Part shown: positions 47,829 through 57,189 of the stretch, in pieces
Position numbering within the stretch: position 1 is the first letter of the stretch
Layout: the number at the start of each line of letters is the position of its first letter
Translations under genes and position numbers: made by a program
Virus record (IMG/VR): IMGVR_UViG_3300032007_000069
Span: 1 to 64,000 of that record
Source of the DNA: a virus
Lineage: Duplodnaviria; Caudoviricetes
Direction: 5' to 3' (one strand)
DNA: 64,000 nt
Notes under the pieces: model-generated
Seen by the model: the letters and a program-made list of their open reading frames with translations, nothing else
The model's database searches: none
What the model was told of the DNA's origin: nothing

Positions 47829-48764
47829 ATGGAAGGTTATGTCAAACTCTATAGGTCGTCGTTGAAAGACCCTCTGTACATGAAGGAGGTCTTCACGAAA
47901 TGGCAGGCATGGTGTGACCTCATACTAATGGCCTACCATACACCGACAGACATCTTCGTAAGGAATGTGAAGGTCAAGGCTAAGCGTGGCTGTGTGTACA
48001 TGAGTGTCGCAGATCTTGCTGAAAGGTGGAGGTGGAGCAGAGGTAAGGTTGACAGGTTCCTCAAGTATCTCGAAGATGATATGAGGATAAAGGTCAAGGT
48101 GAGCAATATCGTGAACTGCATAGCCATCGTGAACTACGAGAAGTTCCAGCAGCCCAGCCAAGACGAGCGTACAAACGGGGCAACAAACAGGGCATCAAAC
48201 GGGGCAACAAACGGACACAATAGAATAAATGATAATAATGATAATATATTATTATTTCCAGCGTCGCCCGAAAGCGACACTGGTGAGGGTGTCCTTCAGC
48301 AGATTCTCTCTCAGATGCAAGAACTGAAAGACCGCCTCGATGCACAGGAGCAGCCCAAGCCGGAGAAGAAGACGAAGAAGAAGGAGCCGAACCCCCTTAT
48401 CGTTGAAGGAAGGAAGGTGTTCGAGAAAAGGTACGCAGACCTGTTCAGCGACAGCTACTATTGGCAGGCAAAGGATGCAGCGGCTATGGATGCCCTCACG
48501 AAGAAAATCATCTACTCACGTCAGCAGAAGGGAATGAGCGTTGAGGTCGAAGACGTGTTGAAAGCACTCGGTGCTCTTCTGGAGAGTGTGCAGGACGCAT
48601 GGATATTGAAGAATTTCAGCGTGACGAACATCAATTCAAAGTATAACGAGATAGTGGCCCAGGCAAGGGCTGCAAAGAATAACAGCAATCAAGATGGGAC
48701 GGATAAACGTAGAAGCTCTGAAGTCACAGCTACTTCAGCGGAAGATTACAAGGGAGCGTTTTAA
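47829..48764 (+). CDS. Replication initiator (replisome organizer)
   Basis: GYVKLYR...W.AW.DLIL N-terminus, internal iterons, upstream of a loader ATPase. Confidence 0.75.
   Translation: MEGYVKLYRSSLKDPLYMKEVFTKWQAWCDLILMAYHTPTDIFVRNVKVKAKRGCVYMSVADLAERWRWSRGKVDRFLKYLEDDMRIKVKVSNIVNCIAIVNYEKFQQPSQDERTNGATNRASNGATNGHNRINDNNDNILLFPASPESDTGEGVLQQILSQMQELKDRLDAQEQPKPEKKTKKKEPNPLIVEGRKVFEKRYADLFSDSYYWQAKDAAAMDALTKKIIYSRQQKGMSVEVEDVLKALGALLESVQDAWILKNFSVTNINSKYNEIVAQARAAKNNSNQDGTDKRRSSEVTATSAEDYKGAF
48173..48252 (+). repeat. Origin iterons within the rep gene
   Basis: Tandem AAACGGGGCAAC, AAACAGGGCATC, AAACGGGGCAAC and AAACGGACAC, then an AT-rich tract. Confidence 0.75.
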
Positions 48765-49341
48765 GCTGCCCTTGGATAAGGAACAGGCGGTGGATGCCCT
48801 CACGGCTGCGTATCAGGCAGAGGTGGAGTACCGCAAGAGGTCTTTCGTCCTCGACGAGCACACGAAGGGCAACATCGAGCAGCTGGCTTCATTCCTCATC
48901 GGTGGAGGCAGCAAGTTCGGCATCATGTTCAGCGGTGTATGCGGCAACGGCAAGACAACCCTGCTGTATGCCTTCCAGAACTTGTTGAACTACATGAACG
49001 ACAGAGGCCTCATTGAGGGAAGGACTGGCATATCTGTGATAGATGCGAAAGATGTTGCGTGGTATGCCAAGGACGTGGAGCGTTTCCGTCAGTTCAGACA
49101 GCGTGAAATGATGGCTATTGAGGATATGGGTCGTGAGCCTGTTGAGGTGCTGGAGTACGGCAATGTGCTCAATCCTGTCATTGACCTTCTGGAGTACAGG
49201 TACAACGAGCAGCTGTTCACCATCATAACGACGAACCTTGTGCCGAAAGAGATCCGCGAGCGCTATGGCAACCGCATAGCAGACCGCTTCAACGAAATGT
49301 TCGACAAGGTGATTTTCGGCAACGAGACGTACAGAAAGTAG
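48694..49341 (+). CDS. DnaC/IstB-like helicase loader ATPase
   Basis: GVCGNGKTT Walker A, AIEDMG, IITTNL and RIADRFNEM. Confidence 0.85.
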   Translation: MGRINVEALKSQLLQRKITRERFKLPLDKEQAVDALTAAYQAEVEYRKRSFVLDEHTKGNIEQLASFLIGGGSKFGIMFSGVCGNGKTTLLYAFQNLLNYMNDRGLIEGRTGISVIDAKDVAWYAKDVERFRQFRQREMMAIEDMGREPVEVLEYGNVLNPVIDLLEYRYNEQLFTIITTNLVPKEIRERYGNRIADRFNEMFDKVIFGNETYRK

Positions 49342-49386
49342 CGAAAGTTAAACTATATGTAGCACAGGCGATTATAGGATTTTCCG

Positions 49387-49418
49387 TTTGGTCAAATGCA
49401 AAAAATTGGCTATCTTTA
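49387..49418 (+). promoter_or_regulatory. Class A phage promoter
   Basis: TTTGGTCAAATG...TATCTTTA. Confidence 0.7.
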
Positions 49419-49451
49419 CAGCATATAAGAAACATTCATAATTCAAGAGCA

Positions 49452-50291
49452 ATGGAAACATCAGAGAAAGTTTTGCGTACCTCGACACCGCGAGCCAACA
49501 GGCAGCATGTATGTTCTGTCTGCGGCAAGCCGATAGAGAAAGGTGAGAGGTATCTCAATATCACCATCAAGCAGGGAAAGAAGCTTGTCAGTCGCAAGAC
49601 TCACTTCGGTTGCAGCGAGAAGAAGGAGCAGCCGAAGGTCATGGCGGTCCCTGGAGTCCCGGTTACGGAGGCTCAGTTCAAGCAGCAGGTGCACGACGAC
49701 ACGCTGACGATGCTTGAGACGTTCACCTTTGAGGAGAACATGAAGATAGCGTTCCTCCCTCTCATCATCACAGAGGTTGCCTGGCACTATGCCTTCAAGG
49801 TTGTGAAGCAGGCAGCGGACTATAGGATAGAGGCGACGAAGAAGCTGTCGAGAACCGTGAAGATGTTGCGCGAGAAGTACATCAGCGATTGCAAGAAAGA
49901 CCTCGATCGTGCCCATATCGAGAAGATGGAGAAAGGTGCCTCGATGTTCATTAAAGGCTGTGGCAATGATTTCCTGCTCCTGTTCTTCTCGATGAACAAC
50001 CTACTGAAGAAGCAATGGGCAGACGTTCCGTATCTCGACATGAGGACGAATGCCTGTATCACGATGGTTCTTCTGAAGATGTTGAAGGAGCACAGCAAGA
50101 AGATGGATGAGCTGATGGCAAGCAAGCTCGGTGGTGACGTGCCGGCCTACCGCAACCCCATCAACGAAGCGTTGTGGGACTGCATGGATGCCTATGCCGA
50201 CCCCTGTCAGTTCTCCTTTGACGGTCATGTAAGGACGTCGATGCAGATAATCATGAAGAAGTTCAATCAGATAGAATGGGACATCAAGTAA
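49452..50291 (+). CDS. Hypothetical protein with an N-terminal zinc finger
   Basis: CSVC...HFGC; AAGAGCA-ATG start. Confidence 0.7.
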   Translation: METSEKVLRTSTPRANRQHVCSVCGKPIEKGERYLNITIKQGKKLVSRKTHFGCSEKKEQPKVMAVPGVPVTEAQFKQQVHDDTLTMLETFTFEENMKIAFLPLIITEVAWHYAFKVVKQAADYRIEATKKLSRTVKMLREKYISDCKKDLDRAHIEKMEKGASMFIKGCGNDFLLLFFSMNNLLKKQWADVPYLDMRTNACITMVLLKMLKEHSKKMDELMASKLGGDVPAYRNPINEALWDCMDAYADPCQFSFDGHVRTSMQIIMKKFNQIEWDIK

Positions 50292-50310
50292 CCCCTAAAT
50301 AGAAAGTTTT

Positions 50311-50676
50311 ATGGAAAAAGAAATGACGCTCAATCAGTATCAGCGGTGTGCACTCGAAACGGCAGTGTACCCGAAAGAGTTCAAGACCATCTATCCGGCT
50401 CTCGGTTTGACTGGAGAAGCTGGAGAGGTCTCAGACAAAGTGAAGAAAGTCCTGCGTGACTCGGAGGTGATTATCCGTGACGGTGCAGGCTCCATCGTTC
50501 TGCCAGATCAGAAGCGAGAGGAGTTGGCCAAGGAGGTCGGTGACGTCCTTTGGTATGTGGCAACCCTCGCACACGACATCGGCTATTCGCTGGAAGAGAT
50601 AGCAGTGATGAACTACGAGAAGTTGAAGTCTCGCCAGCAGCGTGACCAGCTTCATGGAAGTGGTGATAATCGTTGA
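50311..50676 (+). CDS. MazG-like NTP pyrophosphohydrolase
   Basis: GLTGEAGEV...KEVGDVLWY (EXXE/EXXD metal motifs). Confidence 0.88.
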   Translation: MEKEMTLNQYQRCALETAVYPKEFKTIYPALGLTGEAGEVSDKVKKVLRDSEVIIRDGAGSIVLPDQKREELAKEVGDVLWYVATLAHDIGYSLEEIAVMNYEKLKSRQQRDQLHGSGDNR

Positions 50677-50696
50677 ACCCCTAAAATCAAAGAGCA

Positions 50697-51305
50697 ATGA
50701 AAGAAATTGTAGTAGCAGTCCCGGACGGCAAAAGAGCTGAATGGGTGAATGGTGTGCTCACACTCGTTGACGACGTTGTGGAAGCCACGAAAGACGAGCG
50801 TCCTGTAATGGAACGCATCAAGACGTTTGAAGATGCCTGCGATGAAGTTGGCAGACTTGCCGAAAGAGGTAACGAAGGCCTTGCCACACTACTGGCAGAC
50901 TATGAGTCCAATGCTGACAACATCAAGACGAAGGGTACGCTGGCATACATGAAGCTGTGCATCATAGCGGCAGCTCTCAACGAAGGTTGGGAACCTCAGT
51001 TCACTACTGACGAATACCGCTGGTACCCTTGGTTCACATTATGGACGAAAGAGGAACTGACAGACAAGACCGAAGAGTGGAAGCAGGAGCATAAGCTGTG
51101 GTGGGGCGGTTCCTCGCTCCTCGGGTCGCTTTGCGGTCTCGCTTATGCGCGCTCGGCCCCCGCTTGGTCGCACTCGGCCGCGTGCATCTCGGCTCGCCTT
51201 GCTGTCAAGTCAGAAGAGTTGGCAGACTACTTCGGAAAGCAGTTCATTGAGATTTGGGCAGACTATGTTGGCCCGTTTAACCTAAAGGAAGAAAGTGATG
51301 ATTGA
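50697..51305 (+). CDS. DGR target 2: small protein carrying VR2
   Basis: Contains VR2; AAGAGCA-ATG start; no signal peptide or TM; outside the structural operon. Confidence 0.9.
   Translation: MKEIVVAVPDGKRAEWVNGVLTLVDDVVEATKDERPVMERIKTFEDACDEVGRLAERGNEGLATLLADYESNADNIKTKGTLAYMKLCIIAAALNEGWEPQFTTDEYRWYPWFTLWTKEELTDKTEEWKQEHKLWWGGSSLLGSLCGLAYARSAPAWSHSAACISARLAVKSEELADYFGKQFIEIWADYVGPFNLKEESDD
51093..51203 (+). repeat. DGR variable repeat VR2 (remote)
   Basis: 51102-51203 aligns ungapped to TR 21036-21137 with 21 mismatches, all at TR adenines. The upstream AAGCTGTGG also matches, with the ATC codon missing. Confidence 0.95.
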
Positions 51306-52470
51306 TAAGCTGAAAGTTTATGCACGGACGATAGAAGATGAAGCCGTGCAGCAGATTGACAAGATGAACGGCTGTGATGCGTACAAGGATTGCCTGGTGC
51401 GCATCATGCCGGACTGCCATGCAGGTATCGGTTGCACGATAGGTACGGTCATTTACCTGCAGGACAGGATAGTTCCCAATACGGTAGGTGTTGACATCGG
51501 CTGTGGTATGCTGGTCACCTGTCTCGGCAAGCAGGAGGTGGACTTGGAACGTCTCGATGAGGTAATCAATGAGAAGATACCTTCGGGCTTCAATATCCAT
51601 GACAAGCAGCGTCGAGCCTTCCACCTGCTCGACAAGATGTACTGCAAGGAAGTCATTGACGAAGACATGGCTCTGCGAAGCATCGGCTCCCTCGGTGGTG
51701 GCAACCACTTCATCGAATTGGATGAGGATGGTAACGGCAACAAGTACCTTGTCATTCACAGCGGAAGCCGAAACCTCGGCAAGCGAGTGTGTGACTACTG
51801 GCAGAAGAAAGCTGTTGACTACTGCAAGAAGCAGCAGTGCGATGAGCAGGAGATTATCGCACGTCTGAAAGCAGAAGGTCGTGAGCGTGAGATTTCAGCA
51901 GCCATAGCGGAAGCCAAGTCAAAGGCTGGTAAGATTGACAAGGAGCTGGCATACGTCGAAGGTACGGATGCCTCTCACTACCTGTTCGACATGATGATCT
52001 GCCAGAGCTATGCAAGCGAGAACCGCCACACCATGGCCGACATCATCTGCCGTGAAATGGGATTGAAGGTGGAGCGTCAGTTCCAGACCATCCACAATTA
52101 CATCGACCTGCAGCACAAAATCCTGCGTAAGGGAGCAGTAAGCGCCCTCAGAGGCGAGGAACTTCTGATACCCATCAACATGCGTGATGGCTCGCTCCTC
52201 TGTGTCGGCAAGGGCAACCTTGACTGGCTCTACTCAGCGCCTCACGGTGCCGGACGTCTGATGTCTCGCAAGAAAGCCAAGGAAACGCTCGACATGGCAG
52301 ACTTCGAGAAGTCGATGGAGGGTGTCTATACCACCTCGGTTTGCGAGAGCACGATAGATGAGGCTCCGATGGCGTACAAGCCCATGAAGGAGATCCTGGA
52401 GTGCATCGAGCCGACGGTGGAAGTGGTAGCGGTAATCAAGCCCTTGTACAATTTCAAGGCGAAGCAGTAA
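51298..52470 (+). CDS. rtcB: RtcB family RNA ligase
   Basis: MPDCH, GVDIGCG, GGGNHF, HSGS, HN and APHGAGR motifs. Confidence 0.93.
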   Translation: MIDKLKVYARTIEDEAVQQIDKMNGCDAYKDCLVRIMPDCHAGIGCTIGTVIYLQDRIVPNTVGVDIGCGMLVTCLGKQEVDLERLDEVINEKIPSGFNIHDKQRRAFHLLDKMYCKEVIDEDMALRSIGSLGGGNHFIELDEDGNGNKYLVIHSGSRNLGKRVCDYWQKKAVDYCKKQQCDEQEIIARLKAEGREREISAAIAEAKSKAGKIDKELAYVEGTDASHYLFDMMICQSYASENRHTMADIICREMGLKVERQFQTIHNYIDLQHKILRKGAVSALRGEELLIPINMRDGSLLCVGKGNLDWLYSAPHGAGRLMSRKKAKETLDMADFEKSMEGVYTTSVCESTIDEAPMAYKPMKEILECIEPTVEVVAVIKPLYNFKAKQ

Positions 52471-52489
52471 CCAAAAGCAAAGTGAAAGT

Positions 52490-53860
52490 ATGACGTACAA
52501 TGAGACGATATTGTTCCGTCGCTTCATGGAGAGCAAGGGGGTACTCAATAATTACGAGTACCTCTACCGCTCCCATCGTTTCGACAATCGGGATATAAAC
52601 CAGTTCTTTGATGAAGTTGATGCAGAGGACGTGATATTGTCGGCCTTTGACTTCTCTGGAGCAAGGAGCACCATCTTCGGCTATCAGTATTGGAAGAAGA
52701 TGAATGAGAAATGGCAAGTCCGTCTCAGCGAGTACAGAAATTCCGGCCAGTTGGAGGAGAACGTTCAGATATTGTGCGTCCACTGCAAGCGCACGTTACC
52801 GAAGTCTTCTTTCGCATACACCACGAAGGGAGTCTTGCACAAGCATTGTAAGGAATGCGAGAGCGGTGAGTGGGACAGGAAGCGCAAGGAGAAAGAAAAG
52901 GAAGAGCAGGAACGTGAGAAACAGGAGAAAGCGGCCAAGCAGCTCGAAAAGGAAATCATGGAAAAGGAAACCAAGTTGAATAAGACGACGAAGGTTTGCA
53001 CCCATTGCGGTAAGCGTAAGCTGAGGTCTGAGTTCCTCCCCTCATCCACTTCTGAGGACGGCTTGCAATCCTGGTGTAGGAAATGCCAAGATGCAGCGGC
53101 AAACGTAAGTGCTGAGGCAGACTGGCAAATGGAACGTGAAAAGAAGCGCGAGGAAATGATCGAGCTTCCGTCCGCAAAGCCTGCCTCCCTCGACAAGCTG
53201 ACGGCACCGAAGCTGGGTGAGTATGATGCTACGTTGCACTATAAGGCAGCGCAGAAGAGTATCACCTTCAACGCTACCCTGTCGGAGCAGCTGCAGGCTG
53301 GTCAGTTCACCAAATGCTATCTGAAGACGGATATGGCACAGAGGTTATTCCTCATCTTCAATCGTGTCGAAGGTGCCAACGTCGTAGGTGTCAGCAGCCG
53401 TGCATCCATGTTGCTCGGTATCAACTCAGCCGACATTTGCAGGTCGCTGGCAGCTCGCTTCAACCTGTCGCTGGGTGAGAACTACTACCTGCACATCACT
53501 CGTAACCTGTCGAGACGTGAAGAGGTGGCCACCATCGAAGTGCTGGCAGTCAGAAGCCGTGAAGAGTATGTTGGTATAGCGCAGAGACGTGATGGCAACG
53601 AGCCATCAGAGTCAGAACTGGAGCATCCGGTGGTTCAACCTCAGCCGATAGTTGAGACACCAGCTCTGAAGAAGTCAGAACCTAAGAAACCCGAAACGAA
53701 ACCCACTATGGAGTTTAGCACACCAATGAAAGCCGAAGAGAAGCTTCAGTGGCTTATCGAGAACAATCATTTGACCGAGCAAGACCTCGCTGCCTTCCTC
53801 TACAAGAAAGGATGGAAGTTGCAGGAGCCTGTGAGGTCGTATAAGAAATTCACACTATAA
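52490..53860 (+). CDS. Protein with two CxxC-CxxC zinc-binding modules
   Basis: CVHC...CKEC and CTHC...CRKC. Confidence 0.7.
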   Translation: MTYNETILFRRFMESKGVLNNYEYLYRSHRFDNRDINQFFDEVDAEDVILSAFDFSGARSTIFGYQYWKKMNEKWQVRLSEYRNSGQLEENVQILCVHCKRTLPKSSFAYTTKGVLHKHCKECESGEWDRKRKEKEKEEQEREKQEKAAKQLEKEIMEKETKLNKTTKVCTHCGKRKLRSEFLPSSTSEDGLQSWCRKCQDAAANVSAEADWQMEREKKREEMIELPSAKPASLDKLTAPKLGEYDATLHYKAAQKSITFNATLSEQLQAGQFTKCYLKTDMAQRLFLIFNRVEGANVVGVSSRASMLLGINSADICRSLAARFNLSLGENYYLHITRNLSRREEVATIEVLAVRSREEYVGIAQRRDGNEPSESELEHPVVQPQPIVETPALKKSEPKKPETKPTMEFSTPMKAEEKLQWLIENNHLTEQDLAAFLYKKGWKLQEPVRSYKKFTL

Positions 53861-53870
53861 CGGAAAGGTT

Positions 53871-55028
53871 ATGAAAAAGAAAGACGTGGAAAAGTGTCAG
53901 CACATCAATCTGAGTACTGACCCGAACGAAATCCTGCAAACCATGCTGTTGGAGTTGCCAACGGTGAAGTACTTCTTCATGAAGGACTATGGTGGCAAGA
54001 AGAAGTTCTTTGACCATCAAGACAAGACTCTTGACAAGTGTTTGGAAGAAGAGAAGTCCAGCGTTACCGACATCAGCGAATATATCTCGCAGAAGGGTAA
54101 CAGATGGATGTCGTACAGCTTCTTCGAGTATTTCCCTCGTGCCAAGTTTGCACAGGCATGGCCTACCTCATTCATCTACTATGAGACCTATGGCTCATGC
54201 GGTGCCTTCTTTCCCACCTACCGCCCATCGAAGAAAAAGGGCGACAAGGGCAAGATTAACGAGGTCTATGGTGTGCTGATATTCACCTCACACTTCTTCC
54301 AGAGAATGTCGGAGAGGACAGGCAAGGCATACCGCTCCCGTGAGCTGATACAGGAGTTCATAACGACGAAGGAAACCCATGCTGCACAAGCCGATGCAGA
54401 CGGTGAGGTAATCATGAAGTTCAAGGGTGGCTATGGCTTCGGTGTCCTGCGAAGCGAGAAGCCGTATGTCCTGGAGGTGAGAACGTTCCTCACGGATGAG
54501 CAGCTGTCACCCAAGCAGAAGCGCAAATGCGAGAAGATTGATGCCTATGCAGAACTGATAAAGGACGGAACCTTCTTGAAGGACGTGAGCAACCATACAG
54601 CCTACCATTCGACGAACACTCCAGAGGAGAATATGAAGCAGGCTATGCACAACCTCGAACTGGCGAAGAAGATAGGTGCAGATCGTTTCCTTATGCTTGC
54701 CGGAATGGTGCACTTGACGTTCTTGAAGCTTATGACTGACATACTCGGCATGAGCCTTGAAGAGATTAGTCCAGCTCAGAACGTAGTCATTGGCAACGAG
54801 ACGCAGGAGTGCTATGCAGACTTCTTGAATAAGTATGAGCACTTCGATGGTCGTAATGCAACAGATGAGGAAAACCAGCAGTTCAGAGACGACCTGTTGG
54901 ATTGCATGGTCAAGGCGGCAAAGAAGCTGAAGTTGCGTAGTATGACCAGAGAGCGGATAGAACAGCAATTCGACAAGGCTCTTGCGCATAGTAATGCTAA
55001 CACAGAGGCGTTTGCAGATGGAAAGTGA
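53871..55028 (+). CDS. Hypothetical protein
   Basis: 385-aa operonic ORF. Confidence 0.75.
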   Translation: MKKKDVEKCQHINLSTDPNEILQTMLLELPTVKYFFMKDYGGKKKFFDHQDKTLDKCLEEEKSSVTDISEYISQKGNRWMSYSFFEYFPRAKFAQAWPTSFIYYETYGSCGAFFPTYRPSKKKGDKGKINEVYGVLIFTSHFFQRMSERTGKAYRSRELIQEFITTKETHAAQADADGEVIMKFKGGYGFGVLRSEKPYVLEVRTFLTDEQLSPKQKRKCEKIDAYAELIKDGTFLKDVSNHTAYHSTNTPEENMKQAMHNLELAKKIGADRFLMLAGMVHLTFLKLMTDILGMSLEEISPAQNVVIGNETQECYADFLNKYEHFDGRNATDEENQQFRDDLLDCMVKAAKKLKLRSMTRERIEQQFDKALAHSNANTEAFADGK

Positions 55029-55353
55029 AATGAAGATACTTGAGCTGCCGTTGAAGTCTCGGTGGTACTTGATGATAGAGTCTGGCATCAAGCCGGAGGA
55101 ATATCGTGAAATCAAGCCGTATTGGAGCAAGAGACTGATTGGCTTTGACAGCCCCTTGTTCTCCCACAGGAACGGCTACAGCCAGTGTAACGCAAAAGGT
55201 TATACGCATGTCCGTTTCCGCTACGGCTATACGAAGCGGTCGATGCTCTTCAAGATTGAGAGCATTGTGATAGGTCGCGGCAATCCCGAATGGGGAGCGC
55301 CTGCTGACAAGAGTGTGTTCATCATAAAGCTTGGAGAGAGAGTATGCCAATAA
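55018..55353 (+). CDS. ASCH/PUA-like domain protein
   Basis: LPLKSRWYLMIESGIKPEEYRE pattern. Confidence 0.65.
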   Translation: MESEMKILELPLKSRWYLMIESGIKPEEYREIKPYWSKRLIGFDSPLFSHRNGYSQCNAKGYTHVRFRYGYTKRSMLFKIESIVIGRGNPEWGAPADKSVFIIKLGERVCQ

Positions 55354-55652
55354 GACCGGAGAACAGGGCCAGATACCCGAAGGATTGGAAGGAGATACGT
55401 GCAAGCATCTTGAAGCGTGCCGGCAACCGATGTGAGTTCTGTGGCATCGAGAACTATGCCATCAGAGAGAACGGTTCCAAGGTCGTGCTGACGATAGCCC
55501 ACCTCGACCATATCCCAGAGCATTGCGACCCGAGCAATCTGCGAGCTTTGTGTCAGAAGTGTCATAACCAGTACGATGCAGCCCATCGTGCAGAGACAAG
55601 GAAACGTACCAGGAATGAAAAGGAAAAAGATTTGCCCTCATTGTGGCCGTAG
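55344..55652 (+). CDS. HNH endonuclease-like protein
   Basis: CEFC...LTIAHLDH...NLRALCQKCH. Confidence 0.75.
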   Translation: MPIRPENRARYPKDWKEIRASILKRAGNRCEFCGIENYAIRENGSKVVLTIAHLDHIPEHCDPSNLRALCQKCHNQYDAAHRAETRKRTRNEKEKDLPSLWP

Positions 55653-56199
55653 CCTGTGGCTGTCCTCATTCTACCCTCAGAAGGGTGGTGGAAGGTCAAG
55701 CTGGTGCAAGGATTGTCAGAGGCAGTCCAAGCGTGACTGGTATGCAGCCAACAGGAAGAAGCCGGATGGTACGCACTATGACAGAGAGACGGGAAGGTGT
55801 TATGTTCACAACGGCTGCAGCAAGCGTATCATGTGGAGCCGTCAGATGCTCGATGATCTGCGCTCGATGTTTCCGACCACTCAGAACGCAGAACTGGCAG
55901 GCATCCTCGGTGTGAGTCAGAGGACGATGATACGCAAGGCTCGTGAGCTTGGTCTGGAGAAGAACAAGACTTGGCTTCTGAAGCAGTGGGAGGACAACAG
56001 GTTTCTCGCTCATTGCGTGGCAAAGCAGAAAGGCTATCCGGGTTCCATCAAGAAGGGTGAGCATAGAGGTCGTGACAACGAGTTCAAGCCTGGTCACAGA
56101 ATGGCTGACGAAGAGAAGGAGAAGCAGTCTCGCTCGTTGAAGGCCTCATGGGTGAAAAGAAGATTCAAGAACATAATGAAGAAAAGACATGGCGAATAA
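55615..56199 (+). CDS. Zinc-finger/HTH hypothetical protein
   Basis: CPHC...CKDC; ELAGILGVSQRTMIRKARELGL. Confidence 0.65.
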   Translation: MKRKKICPHCGRSLWLSSFYPQKGGGRSSWCKDCQRQSKRDWYAANRKKPDGTHYDRETGRCYVHNGCSKRIMWSRQMLDDLRSMFPTTQNAELAGILGVSQRTMIRKARELGLEKNKTWLLKQWEDNRFLAHCVAKQKGYPGSIKKGEHRGRDNEFKPGHRMADEEKEKQSRSLKASWVKRRFKNIMKKRHGE

Positions 56200-56347
56200 T
56201 GACTTCACTTATTGCAAGGGCAATCGTTGTGCCCTCAGAGAGCATTGTGTCCGCTTCGTGGAAGGCTGCAAGCTTCCAGAAGATAACATGGAGTGGATGC
56301 AGAGTTGTGACGAATTGACAAGAATGGGATTCATTGAAACTGCATGA
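56189..56347 (+). CDS. Small Cys-rich protein (52 aa, not in the ORF track)
   Basis: MANNDFTYCKGNRCALREHCVRF...; overlap-coupled at both ends. Confidence 0.6.
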   Translation: MANNDFTYCKGNRCALREHCVRFVEGCKLPEDNMEWMQSCDELTRMGFIETA

Positions 56348-56628
56348 AGAAGTACAAGTACAAGAGAGAGCATTTCGACTCGCAGGAGCAGTACGACAGC
56401 TTCAAGGGCAAGCGTACTAAGTGGCAGAAGTCATGGCTGGATAAGTTCGAGTCAGCCAATCCGGAGCACAAGGAGAGACGTTTGCTCAGGCAGCGTTTGT
56501 ACTCTCGCTATTACCATCATACCGACTGCCACCAGAGCTTTGCGGAATGGCTGCGTGAGACCCTTCATATCGACAATATAAAGACGGTGCCTCTGGAACG
56601 TCTGAAAGCGTTAGTGAGCAAAAGTTAA
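56344..56628 (+). CDS. Basic hypothetical protein
   Basis: ATGA-coupled ORF. Confidence 0.6.
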   Translation: MKKYKYKREHFDSQEQYDSFKGKRTKWQKSWLDKFESANPEHKERRLLRQRLYSRYYHHTDCHQSFAEWLRETLHIDNIKTVPLERLKALVSKS

Positions 56629-56673
56629 ATCTTTGATTTCAAGCGTTTTGTGCTGAAAATAATTGCGTTTCTG

Positions 56674-56705
56674 TTTGGTCAAATGAAAAAAAATGGCTAA
56701 CTTTA
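56674..56705 (+). promoter_or_regulatory. Class A phage promoter
   Basis: TTTGGTCAAATG...TAACTTTA. Confidence 0.7.
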
Positions 56706-56740
56706 CAGCAAATAAAAGAAACATAAAAAATCATAGAGCA

Positions 56741-57133
56741 ATGAGACAGCAAGAGTTTGAAAGCAGGGTACAGATGCAAGTCAGCATCGAAGAGTACAGC
56801 CACATCGAGCAAGTGTACATGAACAGCGACCTCGACAAGGATGAGTTCTGCAAGTTATGGGTAAAGATGAACCGCTCCAGAGTTCTCGCATCCATCGAGA
56901 AGGAGAAGGCTCGCAAGCAGCAGGAAGCCTTGAACGACAAGCTGTGGTACATCGTCACGAAGTATGGAAACAGAGATTACAAGTACATCGGCAGCGAGTC
57001 AGCCTACTCCGGCTTCACGAAGAGAGAGAAGGCAACGATTGAGTCTGCAGGTCTGGAACTTGAAAGCGGTATCTGTCCGAAGGTCATGAGCACAGTGCTC
57101 TACGAGATCCGCAAGTATCTGAAAGCAGCATGA
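56741..57133 (+). CDS. Hypothetical protein
   Basis: TAGAGCA-ATG start at 56741. Confidence 0.7.
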   Translation: MRQQEFESRVQMQVSIEEYSHIEQVYMNSDLDKDEFCKLWVKMNRSRVLASIEKEKARKQQEALNDKLWYIVTKYGNRDYKYIGSESAYSGFTKREKATIESAGLELESGICPKVMSTVLYEIRKYLKAA

Positions 57134-57189
57134 GAGAAGGGAGGGTTCGCCCTCCCACCCATTATAAGAAACGTTTAATTGAAAGAGCA

